From NCBI RefSeq assembly GCF_030028105.1, contig NC_092385.1:77142747-77206746 (forward strand): a DNA stretch of 64,000 nucleotides, given 5' to 3'. The notes below the pieces were generated by a model, which was not told the origin of the DNA, did no database searches, and saw only the letters and a list, made by a program, of their open reading frames with translations. The first letter of the stretch is position 1. Every line of letters begins with the position of its first letter. The stretch is from Mobula birostris (lineage: Eukaryota). The translations under genes and the position numbers were made by a program. Positions 63,470 through 64,000 of this stretch are shown here, piece after piece.

Positions 63470-63955
63470 TCACAGGACCGTAACATATGAGAGCAGAGTT
63501 ACAACCTTTGTCCCATTGAGCCTGCTTTCACTGTTCCATCACCGCTGATTTACTTTCTCTCTCAACCCTATTCTCCCTATAACCTTTGATACCATTAGTA
63601 CTCAACCTTCACTTAAAATATACCAAATGACTTAGCCTCCACACCCATACATGCAATGAATTCCACAGATTCGCCAACTGCTGGCTAAAGAAATGCCTCC
63701 TCATCGCTGTCCTAAAGGGATGGCCCTCTATTCTGAGGCTGTACCCTCTGGTCCTAGACTCTCCCAGGATAGGAAACATCCTCTCCATGTCCACGATGTA
63801 GGTCTTTCAATATTCAGTAAATATTCAATGAAACCCTCCCTCATTCTTCTAAACCCTAGTGAGTAACAGCCCAGTTCTGTCAAACGCTCCTCGTACACTA
63901 ACTCTTTCCTTCTGGAGTTCATTCTAGTAAGCCTCTTCTGGACCATCTCCAATGT
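63470..63955 (-). mobile_element. CR1 3' fragment
   Basis: LEMVQKRLTRM...GESRTRGYSLRIEG. Confidence 0.8.
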
Positions 63956-64000
63956 CAGCAAGCAACAGGAATTCTGCAGATGCTGGAAATTCAAGCAACA

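Noticed and set aside
54968-64000. Further CAMK1 exons (GAFSEV...)
   Set aside because: Not found by eye; presumably beyond the window end.
1-64000. CRISPR array or prokaryotic defence system
   Set aside because: Spliced vertebrate genes; the repeats are dispersed TEs, not repeat-spacer arrays.

Overview
Vertebrate genomic DNA, most likely a cartilaginous fish/ray (inferred from the repeat landscape, not proven). It holds three host genes in the same order as human chr3p25. (1) The 5' end of ARPC4 on the minus strand: three coding exons, the rest lies left of the window. (2) The complete 8-coding-exon TADA3 on the plus strand (11491-30619, 1293 nt, 430 aa), head-to-head with ARPC4 across a CpG island. 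(3) The promoter, non-coding exon 1 and first coding exon of CAMK1 on the plus strand (about 54300-54967). Between TADA3 and CAMK1 lie three identical tRNA-Pro(TGG) genes, an orphan CpG-island promoter, a near-intact CR1 ORF2, a decayed Gypsy LTR element within a five-layer TE nest, and what looks like a heavily decayed ankyrin-repeat/SOCS-box pseudogene. The rest is dense TE debris (CR1, Rex1/Babar, RTE, Penelope, Tc1, pogo/Tigger, a Harbinger MITE, tRNA/V-SINEs). The most notable non-coding signal is a minimal type I hammerhead-ribozyme motif in the abundant Penelope terminal repeat. All homology calls are from reading and recall; no searches were run.
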